Below, piece by piece: positions 39,236 through 58,719 of a DNA stretch of 64,000 bases. Positions within the stretch are counted from its first letter, which is position 1. Each line of letters starts with the position of its first letter. Source of the stretch: the human T2T-CHM13v2.0 reference genome, Homo sapiens; assembly GCF_009914755.1 (NCBI RefSeq), contig NC_060927.1; one strand, 5' to 3'. The notes beneath the pieces were generated by a model that was given only the letters and a program-made list of their open reading frames with translations, did no database searches and had not been told where the DNA came from. The translations under genes were made by a program, and so were the position numbers.

Positions 39236-39968
39236 TCATTCATACAACGTAAATATCCGGAGGGCCACAGGAGATCCAGGTGAAGTGTGCAGCAAGAGAA
39301 GGGGAGAAGCCAGGGCCAGACCTCGGGTCTCGACCTCAAGTAGACTGGTGTGTCCAATGCACCATGTTCCCAAGTTATTCTATGGGCTGCCCAGAGCCCG
39401 AGCTCCTCCCTTCACTTACAAAAGCTCCACCTTGAGTCTTGGGGGAGGAAGACCCTGCCCCTCACTACAGAAGCCAAAAGTGCCCCACTCACTTTCCCAG
39501 CCTGCCTTGAAGCAGGAAGGTAACTGTGGCCCTATTGATCCAATATACCCATAAGAGACTCCAAATGGTGAGTTGTGACCTGCAGAGAGGTAGGGGTGGG
39601 GTGGCACAGACTTCTCTCTAGGGAAGCTGCAATAAGATTTGATTCAAGATTGATTCCAGGGCACAGGGCAACAGGGCTAACTGTAGTATCTAGTACTCGA
39701 AGGCAGTAGCAGTTTCCTCATTGAGCCATTTTCCATTTTTCTTATGAAATGTTGGGCTTCTTTCAGGCTGTGTACCTCTAAGGCTGGCTCTCTTTCTTTT
39801 TAATTATTTTTTTTTTCTTTTACTCCTGGTAAGCTGTAAGTGGCTCGATTTCTAAAACAACAAGCACTTTGTATTCTTCTACAATCAGCCAGAATGGATT
39901 TCTGTTGTTTGCAAATAAGTGCCTTGGCTACACATGGCCATTTATAGCAATAACTTAACAACGAAGTG

Positions 39969-40989
<1,021 letters not shown>

Positions 40990-43224
40990 AACGCATCCAG
41001 CACTTTATAGAGCTCAAAGTTGCGTTACATTCCATTGTTCATCCAATCCCCAACGAGAACCCAAGATAAGGGCAGGGCAAAGGTTGTGATGCCCACTCCG
41101 CGAAAGGAGGAGCTGAGACTCGGGATGTTTGTTAAGTGTTCTATGAGCTTGGTCCCAGCATCCTCCCCAACTCTCCTGACCACCACAAAGGCCAGTCACT
41201 GATGTAAGCCAAGGCCCTTACCTGAGCTAGGAGCCATCTCTCCATTCCCTCCATGCCAACACACAGCTGAGCATGAAATATACCAGACCCCAGCATCAGG
41301 CACCCCAGTATGAAATGCAAAATTCTTTACAAGTCAATTTCCAGGCAAGTCAGAGGTTTACACAGCAACAAAATGTGCTGAAGCTCCTAGACTAGAAGCT
41401 ATTTTAACCTCTGGTCAGCTGCTTCTTGGAGTGTCACAATCTGAGAAGTAAAGGTAGACAGCTGTCTGCTCTCTGGTGTGATCTACAAGTGATAAAAATC
41501 CTAATTAAACCAAACTTAAACAAGTCAGAACTGGCACATTTTTTTGTGGGGGGAAATACTGCTTCACAAGGTCTTATCCCCACCTACACACACTTCCTTT
41601 AGCTACAAGCGTTTTTAAAAATCCACATGCTCAGCATATGGAAAGGTTGAGAAAGCAGAACCACATGAGGAGTCAATACCCAGCACTAACAACTGTGTAC
41701 TGTGGTACTCTGGGCCAGTTTAGCTTCTCAGAGCTGCAGTTTCTTCAACTGCTAGATGGCATGACTTAAGGGTACGCATGTGAGTGACAGCCCTACACTG
41801 TGGCTGGCACAGAGTACGTCCTCAGTCAGTAGGCGCCAACCACAGTGATGATGATGGTGGAGCCTGAGACTCTCACCTGTGTCTTCGGGGTGAGGCCCTC
41901 TCATCCCGTGACAAAGGGGTCACATAACAGATCCCCACATTCATGCCTTGCTCCTTCCCTCAGTTCACCCAGAGCAGCCATCAGTGTCACCCGGAGGAAG
42001 CCCCAGCCCTTGCCCTCGAGCTACCACAGTTGAGAAGAGCAGACCCTACACGTGTGCAGAGAATATGAATCCAAGTCAGAAAACGCTAGCCAGTGTGGGG
42101 GGACAGGGAGGTGGCAAGGAAGAAGGGCCTTCCACAGATCATCTTCCCAAATTCAGACCACCTCCATGCCTGCCTGTTCTGCTCCTGCCCCTCCTCTGCC
42201 TAAAATCCCTCCACCTCTTTCACACCTGGAAACAGCTATCACTCTCCATGCCATCCACTCAATCCCTCAAGTGTTTTCTCAGCACCTCTACCAGCTCAGG
42301 CTCTGTCTTGTGAGTTATGCAGCCTGGGACAAAGCCCAAATGGGGACACTACTCATAAGCCAACCAATGAGATAAAGCAGGGTATGTATATCGATACTGG
42401 GTTCAGCGCTCTCCTCCACGCGACATGCATGCAAGTGTTGTCCCCCATCCCCTGTCCATGCCCTCCCTCCAAGACACTGACAGCTCTCCTCTGCCCCTCC
42501 TCCGTGGATGGCAGTATACAGTATTATACCTGGGGGTACACAGATCAGCCTTCCCACAGGGCCCCAGCCTGACCGTGCTTGAGGCAAGGGCCAGCCTCAC
42601 TGACCCCATTTCCCACCCAGGCTCTGTGCACAGAGAGGCCTCAACAATAACACTTATAACAGCCAGATGTGGAAACTGACTCCTCACCCCAGACACAGCC
42701 CAGCATTCACTCTCACTTCCTACATAGATGGAAGCGGCCTGAGTCATGGACTCCTGGGCCCAGGACAGGAAAGTCCTGCTTTAACCAGATGATGTCAAAC
42801 ACAGGTGCTTTTTCTTCAGGATTCAAATTACCCTGCAAGAAATCTAGTGGTGCCCTGCCCTGAAAACAATGGGAGGGGGGCTGTCCTTGAAAGGACATAT
42901 GTTTTCTGCTCCAGCCACTCACATTTTCTCTAGACAGAGCAGCTCTTTAGAGCCCTGAATCAAAACAGCCCAGGAGTGTGGATGTTACTGCCACAGGGCA
43001 CCGTTGCCGAAGCAACTGTTTTTCCTCTTGGAATTCTTTCAAGGATACAAGCTGTTGCTTCCCTCCAAAACAAAACCAGGGAGAAGCCAGGGCCCCAGAA
43101 TTTAAGGGAAAGCTCCGAAGGAAGGAAGAGGGCCAGGCATGACTGAGCCTTATCAAGCTCGCTATGGGGTCTCCCAGATCTCCGAACAACTGGCTTAGAA
43201 ACAGCAAGTCCGTCTCAGCTGCTG

Positions 43225-43600
43225 AAGGTGTATGTGTAGGGAAAGGCAAATTGTGGGTATGGAGGTATAAAGGTGGTGCTGCTTATGTGTGTTTTGAGGT
43301 GTGTATGAGATATGTATTGGTGTAAAGGGGTTGGGGTTTGTAGGTGTGGGTTGGGGGCATGTGGAGGGGTGCTGTGGAGTGTTGGAGGTGTGCAGGGAAT
43401 GGGAGGGTGTGGGGAGAAGGGAGGTACTATTGTGGGGGGAAGTGTGTGGGGTAGGGCCTGGGGTGTGTGGTGGTGTTGTGAGGTTAAGGGAGTGTAAGGA
43501 GGTGGGATGCACTGTAGGCAGGGGGCTGGGTGTGGAGAGTACATGCTGTATGTGCATGTGTATATGCGCTGGAGGTGGGTTGGAGGTATGTGGGATAGGT
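43225..43600 (+). repeat. G/T-rich low-complexity tract
   Basis: About 370 nt of degenerate GGGT/GTGT runs, strongly C-depleted on the plus strand. Confidence 0.8.
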
Positions 43601-44259
43601 TACAGAAAATATTCCAAGATGATATATGAGACATCTTCTCCAGAAACAAAAATATGAATTGCATTTCATTTCTGTATTACAATTCTTAGTGCTACAGAAT
43701 CACATGCTGCTCCCAATGTCTGCAGGGTCAATGGAAGAGCCAAAAACCATTTAAAACATACAGCCCCAGTTTGAAACAACTGACCCTGAAGCAACTATCG
43801 GAGGTAACACATATTTCTAGTCAGAACACCCCTGGCTCAGTAGGTCCAGAGTATGGACAGAGTCTGGCTAGCAGGTCAGGAGGCCAGCACTGGAGGGCCT
43901 GGCTCAGCAGGTCCTTGTCTTCCCTGGGAGTCCATGTTGTCTTTTCTCTAGTGCACAAAGCCTAAGGGGCTCAGAGTCACAGGACGCAGCATACCCACTA
44001 CAGTGCCATGGGGCACCCAGGAAATGTCTGAATGTTTTGTTAAAATAAGTTTAAGAGTTGTCTCTGCCTACAAGGAACTGCCTGTCCACTGAAGGGGTGG
44101 CATGAATTGGGACTTAGAAGCATGAAAAAACAAATATATTTTAGCAGCTACCACTGCTACTACTACTACTACTATATGTACAATGACAATTATCAGGATG
44201 TTATGGAAGGTTAACAGCATGATCATAAACAGTGCATGCCAATTAAGTCACAGGAAACT

Positions 44260-45750
<1,491 letters not shown>

Positions 45751-45787
45751 ACTTAAGCCCACTTAGAAATCAAAAATAAAATAATTA

Positions 45788-47348
45788 GCCCTCTCCCTCT
45801 CCCTCTCCTCACGGTCTCCCTCTCCCTCTCCCACGGTTTCCCTCTCCCTCTCTTTCCACGGTCTCCCTCTGATGCCCAGCCGAAGCTGGACTGTACTGCT
45901 GCCATCTCGGCTCACTGCAACCTCCCTGCCTGATTCTCCTGCCTCAGCCTGCCAAGTGCCTGCGATCGCAGGCGCGCGCCGCCACACCTGACTGGTTTTC
46001 GTATTTTTTTGGTGGAGACCGGGTTTCGCTGTGTTGGCCGGGCTGGTCTCCAGCTCCTAACCGCGAGTGATCCGCCAGCCTCGGCCTCCCGAGGTGCCGG
46101 GATTGCAGATGGAGTCTCGTTCACTCAGTGCTCAATGGTGCCCAGGCTGGAGTGCAGTGGCGTGATCTCGGCTCGCTACAACCTCCACCTCCCAGCCGCC
46201 TGCCTTGGCCTCCCAAAGTGCCGAGATTGCAGCCTCTGCTTGGCCGCCACCCCATCTGGGAAGTGAGGAGCATCTCTGCCTGGCCGCCCATCGTCTGGGA
46301 TGTGAGGAGCCCCTCTGCCTGGCTGCCCAGTCTGGGAAGTGAGGAGCGCCTCTTCCCGGCCGCCATCCCATCTAGGAAGTGAGGAGCGTCTCTGCCCGGC
46401 CACCCATCGTCTGAGATGTGGGGAGCGCCTTTGCCCCGCCGCCCCGTCTGGGATGTGAGGAGCGCCTCTGCCTAGCTGCGACCCCGTCTGGGAGGTGAGG
46501 AGCGTCTCTGCCCGGCCGCCCCGTCTGAGAAGTGAGGAGCCCCTCCGCCCGGCAGCCGCCCCGTCTGAGAAGTTAGGAGCCCCTCTGCCCGGCAGCTGCC
46601 CCGTCTGAGAAGTGAGGAGCCCCTCCGCCCGGCAGCCACCCCGTCCGGGAGGGAGGTGGGGGTCAGCCCCCGCCCGGCCAGCCGCCCCATCCGGGAGGGA
46701 GGTGGGGGGTCAGCCCCCGCCCGGCCAGCCGCCCCGTCTGGGAGGTGGGGGGCGCTTCTGCCCGGCCGCCCCTTCTGGGAAGTGAGGAGCCCCTCTACCC
46801 GGCCACCACCCGTCTGGGAGGTGTACCCAACAGCTCATTGAGAACGGGCCATGATGACAATGGCGGTTTTGAGGAACAGAAAAGGGGGAAAGGTGGGGAA
46901 AAGATTGAGAAATCGGATGGTTGCTGTGTCTGTGTAGAAAGAAGTAGACATGGGAGACTTTTCATTTTGTTCTGTACTAAGAAAAATTCTTCTGCCTTGG
47001 GATCCTGTTGATCTATGACCTTACCCCCAACCCCATGCTCTCTGAAACATGTGCTGTGTCCACTCAGGGTTAAATGGATTAAGGGCGGTGCAAGATGTGC
47101 TTTGTTAAACAGATGCTTGAAGGCAGCATGCTCGTTAAGAGTCATTACCACTCCCTAATCTCAAGTACCCAGGGACACAAACACTGCTGAAGGCCGCAGG
47201 GTCCTCTGCCTAGGAAAACCAGAGACCTTTGTTCACTTGTTTATCTGCTGACCTTCCCTCCACTATTGTCCTATGACCCTGCCATATCCCCCTCTGCGAG
47301 AAACACCCAAGAATGATCAATAAAAAAATAAAATAAAATAAATAAAAT
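45788..47348 (+). mobile_element. Full-length SVA retrotransposon (probably SVA_B/C/D)
   Basis: (CCCTCT)n head at 45789, Alu-like region, GC-rich VNTR at about 46240-46820, SINE-R to AATAAA at 47319-47324, (AAAAT)n tail; 15-bp TSD aaaataaaataatta at 45773-45787 and 47349-47363. Confidence 0.97.
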
Positions 47349-48603
47349 AAAATAAAATAATTAAAATCTAGAGAGAACTAACTCAGTCAAGAGGACCATA
47401 AGGAAAAAGTCCTCCAAAGAGAAGATTAAGGACTCCCAAGCACACCCAGAAGACAGCTACTTGGACACTGAGAGGGAAGCACATCCCATTCACACCCTCC
47501 TGGCTCCAGGAGACAGGAGAAAAAAACTGAGGGATTCACCATCAAGACCATGCAAATTCTTTTGTTGCAAAAGCTAACAGAAAGATTAAAAACCAGCTTG
47601 AATTTCAACATTCCTTTGCTTTCCAATTCCCTGCCCCCTATCAGTGAGGCCTGGGGAACACAACTTACACCTTGTAATACCACAGAAGTCAACCAAACGG
47701 GAGACTGTGGCGGAACAACTGTGTCACTGGCACAGCAAGAAAGAGGAACCTTGTCTTGTGGCTGTCCAGTGCCTCTTCTGCTACATGGAGGGTGCTTCAG
47801 CCACCACAGGTGAGCTAAACCGTGAAGGATCCTGAATAGCCACCCATCTGCCTCGATGGAAACCGTGCCCTCTGAGGGAAATCCAGAGAGAGGCTCACCC
47901 TTCGCCCAGGCCAGGTGTTTCTCCCCAGCATATCAGACCAAACTGAACGGGGTCCCATTCTCTTCCCTGTAGCTCACTGCAGAGCCCCTCCTTGCAAAGC
48001 TCCAAGGGATGAGGGCAGCACCAATTCTATCCCAGAGGAAGAGCACCCCCAAACTTGGCCAGGAGGCGGTGGGCTCCCTGGCCCATCCCTCTGGCTCCAT
48101 CTCCAGAGGACAAGGGATTGGCCCTGTGTGATTGTGTTTGGTCCCTTACTTCTCCACATCTGTGGTGTCTCAGGTACAAGTTAAAGGGGCCCTCAACCAG
48201 AGGTAAAATAAGAGTATAGGAGAAAGAATAAATGCACACATCACACTTCCCACCTCTCAGCTCCCTTCTGCACACACCATCTCACTTAACCCTTATCCTG
48301 GGAGGGAGGAGGTACTGTGGCCATCTTCCAGCTAAAAAGGATGTGAAGAGACTTACCTATCTACACATCCCAAGGTGAGCAGGGTGGCGGAGCCAGGTGG
48401 GCAAAGCAACCTGTCCAGAGAGCAGGGAATCATGAGAGAAACGGCCAGCCTGACCCAGAAGCAGTGGTCATATTGTAGGAGCTGCAGTGCAGCCCTCAGG
48501 ACCTACGTGCAGGGACAGAAAGGACAGGGGAGGGGGGAGTGTACATTTACGGCAACTTGAATCTGTGCTCCCAGGTTGAAAAAAGAAAGAAAGAAAGAAA
48601 GCG

Positions 48604-48925
48604 GGCTGGGCACGGTGGCTCACGCCTATAATCCCAACACTTTGGGAGGCCAAAGCAGGGAGACGACTTGAGACCAGGAGTTTGAGACCAGCCTGGACAA
48701 CATGGCGAAACCCCATCTCTACTAAAAATACAAAAATTAGCCGGGCGCGGTGACACACACCTATAATCCCAGCTACTCAGGTGGCTGAGGCAGGAGAACG
48801 GCTTGAGCACGGGGCGGGGCAGAGGCTGCAGTGAGCTGAGACTGCGCCACTGCACCCCAGCCTGGGCGACAGAGTGAGACTCTGTCTCAAAAAAAAAAAG
48901 AAAGAAAGAAAGAAAGAACGAAAGA
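48604..48925 (+). mobile_element. Alu flanked by (GAAA)n
   Basis: Dimeric Alu. Confidence 0.92.
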
Positions 48926-51682
48926 AAAGGGCTAGAGTTGCTAGAGTGGCAATATGAAGACCTGAGCACCAGCAAGAAGGCTGCCAGCATCCAAACACCA
49001 GGTGAGTTCAGACAGCAAGGCTATAAGGGCACTGCCTCAGCCTGGCGCTACCCTCCTGAGAGGAGGGATGGATGTCCCGGCTGGGGTCCAGTGAGGACTT
49101 CAAGCAGTGGAAAGGAGGCTTAATTTACAGGAAGGCTGTGGCCAGCATGCTGCACCTCAACCCAGCTGGCCTGGACTCCACTGGCACCACACACTTCCCT
49201 GAAACAGCTGGACCAAGCTCACCTATCACCTTGTCTTGCCAAAACCCATCCCCAGTCTTCGCCTGGCTTCTCTCAGCCCCACTGTCCTCATGCCGCCCCA
49301 CCCCACCAAGTTTCCTTGGATTCTTCTAACTCCTGCTAAATACCTGCAGAGCGAGCCTCAGGGCACAGAATGATCTCCCAGTCCTCTGTCTCTGTGGTCT
49401 AAGCTCTGTCACCAGAGGGCCTCGTCTAGCCCCAGGGCTTGATATCCTGTATCTGTTTCTAGTCCAGATGCCTGCTTATGTCTCTCTTCGCTTACCTGTC
49501 TAACAGTCATCTCTGGCTTAATGTGGCCAAAGCCAGACTCTTGCCTTCCCCTTCAAAGCCCCTCTCCCCTGTACTTTGCCATCTCAGGAACCCTGTCTGT
49601 GCGCACTGCCTCACACCTGGGCTCCTGCAGCTGCCTCCTACCTCCACACACAGTCATCCAAGGGCATGTCAGCTTTGCTCAGACCTCCAGTGGTTCCCCA
49701 ACCCCCTTAGCCTGAGGTCCAGCCTTGGTGGTCTGCAAGGCCCCCTTCTAACTAGCCCAGCCTCCCAGGCCCTCTCCACTCTCATCCCCCTTCCATACCT
49801 CCCACTGTTCACTCTACTCCTACTCCTCAAACATGCCAAGCTAGTCTTGCTCAGCTTGGAATGCTCTTCCCTAGATCTTGGCATCTCACTCCTCCATCCC
49901 CGTCTCAGAACTCCCAGGTGGTGGTCTTCCCGGCCTGGGCAGCTGCACAGCCTCTCCCCAACACACACACCACATTCCCAAGTTCCTGGGACACATAAAC
50001 AGGGACACCATGTTCCTTGTTTCTAAGTATTCCCACTCCTTCCATAGAAGCCCCTTGAGGCAAGGAGGAAGTCTTGTTCATAGCTGTATCCCCAGGGCCT
50101 GTCATACAGCTGGTACTCAATAAATACTTATTAGTGGCTAGCTGCAGAGTTCCTGCAGTGAGCACGGGCAGCTAAGGTTCCAAGGGAAAAAAAAGTATCC
50201 TTCTTCCAATGAGAGAATGCCAGGGACTGATCAGAGATGTCCAGAAAAATTCATCAGAATCACCTGGGGAACTTTAAGAATGCATGAATTTATAGGCTAT
50301 ATACCAAGACCACAATAGGTCTGAGGTAGGGCCAGAAAAAAGGACTGCAAATTGTCTCTCAAGACAACCCAACGAACAGGTAGGTCTGAGAAACTCAGAT
50401 AAATCCAACACCATCATTTCATACGTGAACATATTGAGGGCCTCAGAAGGAAATGCTGGCTCACCATAGGTATGTGTTGGGAACCCCAAATCTCCCACCC
50501 AGAAGATTCTCCCTCTCACTGCCTCCACAACCTTGGAGTCTGAGAGCTTGGGCAGAAAAGCTGAGTCCTTAGGAAGAACGGGCACTCACACTCCACCTCG
50601 GCTGTGACTGCAAATCCATTTTCTTCTTAATCTAACACTTTGCACTAACACTCCATCTTCAAAAAATTAGGGCTAGGATGAGTAAAGTCAGGGTGCAGGA
50701 GAAGGACCTCTTTGCTTCCACTGGAACCGGGGCCAGTTCCACCCACTGTCACCCAGCGGAGAAGGCTGCAGGACCACCTGGATGTCCCCACTTACAAGAG
50801 GGTAAAGAAGAAAGGACAGGCATCCACGTTTATAAAAGGCCTGTGTGCAAGATCTCGAGCTAGACACTTCATAGACAGCATCTTTCTCTGTTCTCCTAGC
50901 TACTGATGAGTTCAGAAGCTGTATCTCGATTTTATAGACAAGAGAGAGGCTCAGATTTTTCAAGGCTTGCTCTGAGTACCATAGATGCGATTAATGGAGC
51001 AGAGGTTTAAATCAGATCTGTCTCCAAAGTCCATTCTCTCCACTCCACCACTAGGCCTCCACCTGGCAGCCTGGTTACAGTTTATATGTGTGATGGGTGG
51101 AGGCTCCTTCCCGGGAGGTACTTATTCCCAAGCACCTGGGGGTGAGAGGTGTAGAGGGATAGAAGGCCAGAGCCTAAGGGACAATCTAGGGTCAGCAACA
51201 ACTCAAAGCATGACTGTGGGATGTTCCTTCAGCCCAGGGTTTCCTGGTCTATCAGACAGGGATGAAGCAATACACCCTGCTTCAAAGTCCTGCTTCAGGG
51301 ATGGAACACGATTCTGCCACAACTGCCACGCAAATGTTATGACTGCCAACCTGCCAAAAGCTGTCAATACAGGCAGCAGTGATCGCCTTGGCTGACTTTG
51401 CAACCAGGCTGCTGGGCCTGGGGATGTGGCCACATGGGATGTAGATAGAGGCAACTTCTTGAGACATGATCAGGACACGGACAAGTCTGACTCCTCACCC
51501 AGCATACTAGGCCTCTCACCCACTGCCTCTGTTCCTCCAGCAAGACTTGCTAGCCCCTCCCTCTGGTTCCCTCTTTTACCCTCCCCCAACCTGGCCAGGG
51601 ACCCTCCCTAGTACTCCCAAGTCAGAGAGTACTAGTGCATGCCTTCTACCTTGGCATTGCTCCCACTCTCTGCACTGTGCAT

Positions 51683-52081
<399 letters not shown>

Positions 52082-52182
52082 TGATGGTCATCTGGGTTTC
52101 CACTTGCCCCTTAGCGCTCAACAACTGGAGCTCAGGTAGAGACACAGTTTCTTGTAAGTCAGGCTGAAGGGAGCAAGTCCTC

Positions 52183-52910
52183 CAGAGATGCACCGTCGAA
52201 TAAGGCAATCACGAGTCAAGTGTGGCTGTTTAAATGTAAACTAACTAAAATTAAATGTCGCAGTAGCCATATTTCTTTTTTTTTTTTTTTTTGAGACAGG
52301 GTCTCACACTGTTGCCTGGGCTGGGGTGCAGTGACGTGATCTCAGCTCATTGCAACCTCTGCCCCTACCAGGCTGAAGCAATTCTCCCTGCTCAGTCTCC
52401 CAAGTAGCTGGAACTATAAGTGCACGACACCATTCCAGGTTAATTTTTTGTATTTTTTGTGGAGATGGGGATTTGTCATATTGCCCAGGCTGGTCTCAAA
52501 CTCCTGGACTCAAGTGATCTTCCTGCCTCCACCTCCCAAAATGCTGGGATTATAACAAGCTTGTCCAACCCGCAGACCAAGGCCCAGGACCACTTCAAAT
52601 GCAGCCCAACACAAATTCGTAAACTTTCCTAAAACATTATGAGATATTTTTTGTGATTTTTTTTTTTTAAAGCTCATCAGCTATCATTAGTGTTACTGTA
52701 TATTATGTGTGGCCCAAGACAATTCTTCTTCCATTGTGGCCCAGGGAAGCCAAAAGATTGGACACCCCTGGATAACAGGCATGAGCCACTGTGCCTGGCC
52801 GGTAGCCACATTTCAAGGGCTTGAAAGTCACAGGTGGCCCATGGCTACAGTACTAGACAGTGCAGATTAAAGAACACTATCACTGCACAAAGTTCTAGTG
52901 AGCAACACTG
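52183..52910. mobile_element. MER33-like hAT element hosting a minus-strand AluJ (about 52273-52800)
   Basis: gtggctgtttaaatgtaaactaactaaaattaaat..gtagccacatttcaag..atggctacagtactagacagtgcag; Alu TSD gtagcca(t/c)attt at 52263 and 52802. Confidence 0.7.
52556..52770 (-). mobile_element. MER30 hAT-Charlie MITE inserted into an AluJ
   Basis: caagcttgtccaacc...ccagggaagccaaaagattggacacccctg; flanked by diverged 8-bp copies of the Alu motif gattacag (gattataa / gataacag). Confidence 0.88.
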
Positions 52911-54439
52911 CTGCTCTAATCTCTAGAGCCAGGTGACAACCAGGAATTGCTGGTTGCCTGGAACCTGCAACTTGACAGCCAGACCTCAGCCCCAAGGGCT
53001 GGTCAGCCAGACAGCCAGTCTCCCTGTCTCAGAGCAGCAAGAGACAGCCCAATTCAGGGCAAACGCTCAGGAAAGCTTGGCATGTTTATGCCAAGTTAAT
53101 CATCACCTTTAGAGAGCCTCCATTTGGCTGCTGAAGAAGAAAGAGGTCAAAGGAGGACAGAGTGGCCTCACACTGCCCTGCCGGACAGCACTGTAAAGAT
53201 GCCAGAGTTTCATCCACACAGCCTTGAACTGTTCACCTACTCACCCAGCCAGGAACTTCTGGATGAGCATCAGGAAATGAGGTTCAAATACAATACAGAA
53301 AAGTGTGCCCAGGCTGGCTACCATCCCTGCTGGAAACCCTGGCTCTTGCAAAACTTGGCTACCAGAGTACCCCAGTCCAGCACTTTCAGACTGTACCCCT
53401 GCCCCTGTATCACTGCCAAGTGCTTGCTGTCAAACTCCCTGGAGCATCTCCACTCTCACCTCTATGCACCTGAATGTTCCCACCTCTAAAATGCTCCCTG
53501 GGAACACTCTCCTTTCCAGCTACCTCGATGACCTTCTCCCACTTCCCCATCCTCCGTGGCTCAGCTCAAGTTCCATGCTGCCTTCCCATGAAGCTTCCTC
53601 AGGCTCTGCCTGGCTTTCCCAGAAAATGAACCCCAGCAGTACTGTCTTTCTGCGTGTCAACGGGAACTGGCTGACCTACAAGATGCTGCTTCAGGCAGTG
53701 CTGTGTCCTCTACAGAATCCCCTTCCCCCAGGGGGTCTTGCATGGGCTGGAATCCTGGAATCCAGGAGACATTACTTCCCCTCCTCAGCCTTGGACATCC
53801 CAGCTCTCCTCAGCCTCTTGCCTTGCTCCTCTCACTAATAAGTGGCATCAGGTGGGCTGACCAGGACGTCTTTGTAAAACTACAGCTGCATGACTACAAG
53901 AGAGTTTTGCGCAGAATAATACACGGAAACATTGCAACCCCTAATCTTGTCTCTTTCCATCTGCCACAACCTCAGGACCCTGAATTGTCTTAATATCACT
54001 AAATTATGAGTTTAGTCTGGTGAGAGTTAGGAAGAAAGATAAAACTGTGAGGAAAACCAACTCCATGCCTGAAATTCCTAAGGCCTCCAGCAAAACCATG
54101 CCCACAGTAAGAACTCAATGAAGGACCTGCCACTGAGTGCTAGGAAACCAGCAAGATGCCATCCTCATGGGGCAGACAGGTGCTCTCCAAGTGCAGGCAG
54201 AGAAGGTGCTCAATCCTGGTGTCTGTTGTCACATCAGAAACCTGAACTAAAAATGTGAAGCCGCTTCCTCTCTGAAGGAGGAGACTCAAGGGGTTTTATC
54301 TGGCCACAGCAGGCAGTCATACTTCCTCCCCTGACTCCCCACTTAAAAGGTCCAGCAGAAAGGGCCACAGGCTGGAAAATCAACTCAAAGGTTAGACCCT
54401 TACCTGTCCTGTCCCCAGGCAGTCACCTTAATAAAAAAA

Positions 54440-56700
<2,261 letters not shown>

Positions 56701-57567
56701 AAATAACAATCAGGCCATACTTCCAGCCCACTGAGAGGATCCCTCTTTAAAAGCCAGTTCTCCTGATGATCTAGCACGTCCTTCCCTGGCAATGGGCTCT
56801 GTGGATGCTATTTTGTCCGTTGCATTCCGACCTCAAACCCGGCCCCAATAACCTGCCCTAAATCCAAGCGAACAGCTCAGGTGAACTAGCCATTGTTTGA
56901 AAGGCTGAGGTTTGAGCTTCTCTGGGACAGGCAATTTAGGGGCTAACTGTCTGATATGTTCCACAGGCAGCCAACAAAAGCAGAAGCCACTCTAGCCAGC
57001 TTTCACACCCTATTACTTCCCTTTTCACTTTCACACAGGACCCCCAGACTGCCATGCAGTAAGGAAAATAGGGGTCAGACTGTCCAGCCTGTTTTTTCAG
57101 TTGGAAAGTGGGAAGTGCCCCCCATCTCTGACAGGTCTAGCTATTTAACATTCTTTTACTTCACACACTGAAGGACACAGTTTTCACCCATCTAAAACTA
57201 CGGCCCTCATTGGTCTGTCTCTGTAGCCCTTTCACACAGATTATCCCATTAGATCTCACAATAACCCAATGAGAATGAATGTGTACGGACTGTCATTCCC
57301 CACTGGAGACATGAAGAAACCCAGCTCAGAGAGATGAAGCAATGTGTCCCAAGTCCAGGTAAAAAAGCAAACTAGGGTTTGCACACAGGTAGTGAACTTC
57401 AGAATTCTTCTTCCTCTCCATTACGTTGGAAAGATGAACAAAGTAGAAATGGAACTTTTCATTTGCTGTTAAACGACAGCAAAGAAAAATGCTTCCGAAT
57501 ATGGCAATTAATAGGCTAGTAGGCCCATCCCCAAAGAAAGAACTAAGGCCCTCTTCTTTTTTCCCAA

Positions 57568-58697
<1,130 letters not shown>

Positions 58698-58719
58698 TGA
58701 ACCTACAGGCAGCCCTAGA

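Noticed and set aside
46240-46820. Array of 35-50-bp repeats that could be mistaken for a CRISPR-like or novel array
   Set aside because: It is the standard SVA VNTR, without unique spacers.
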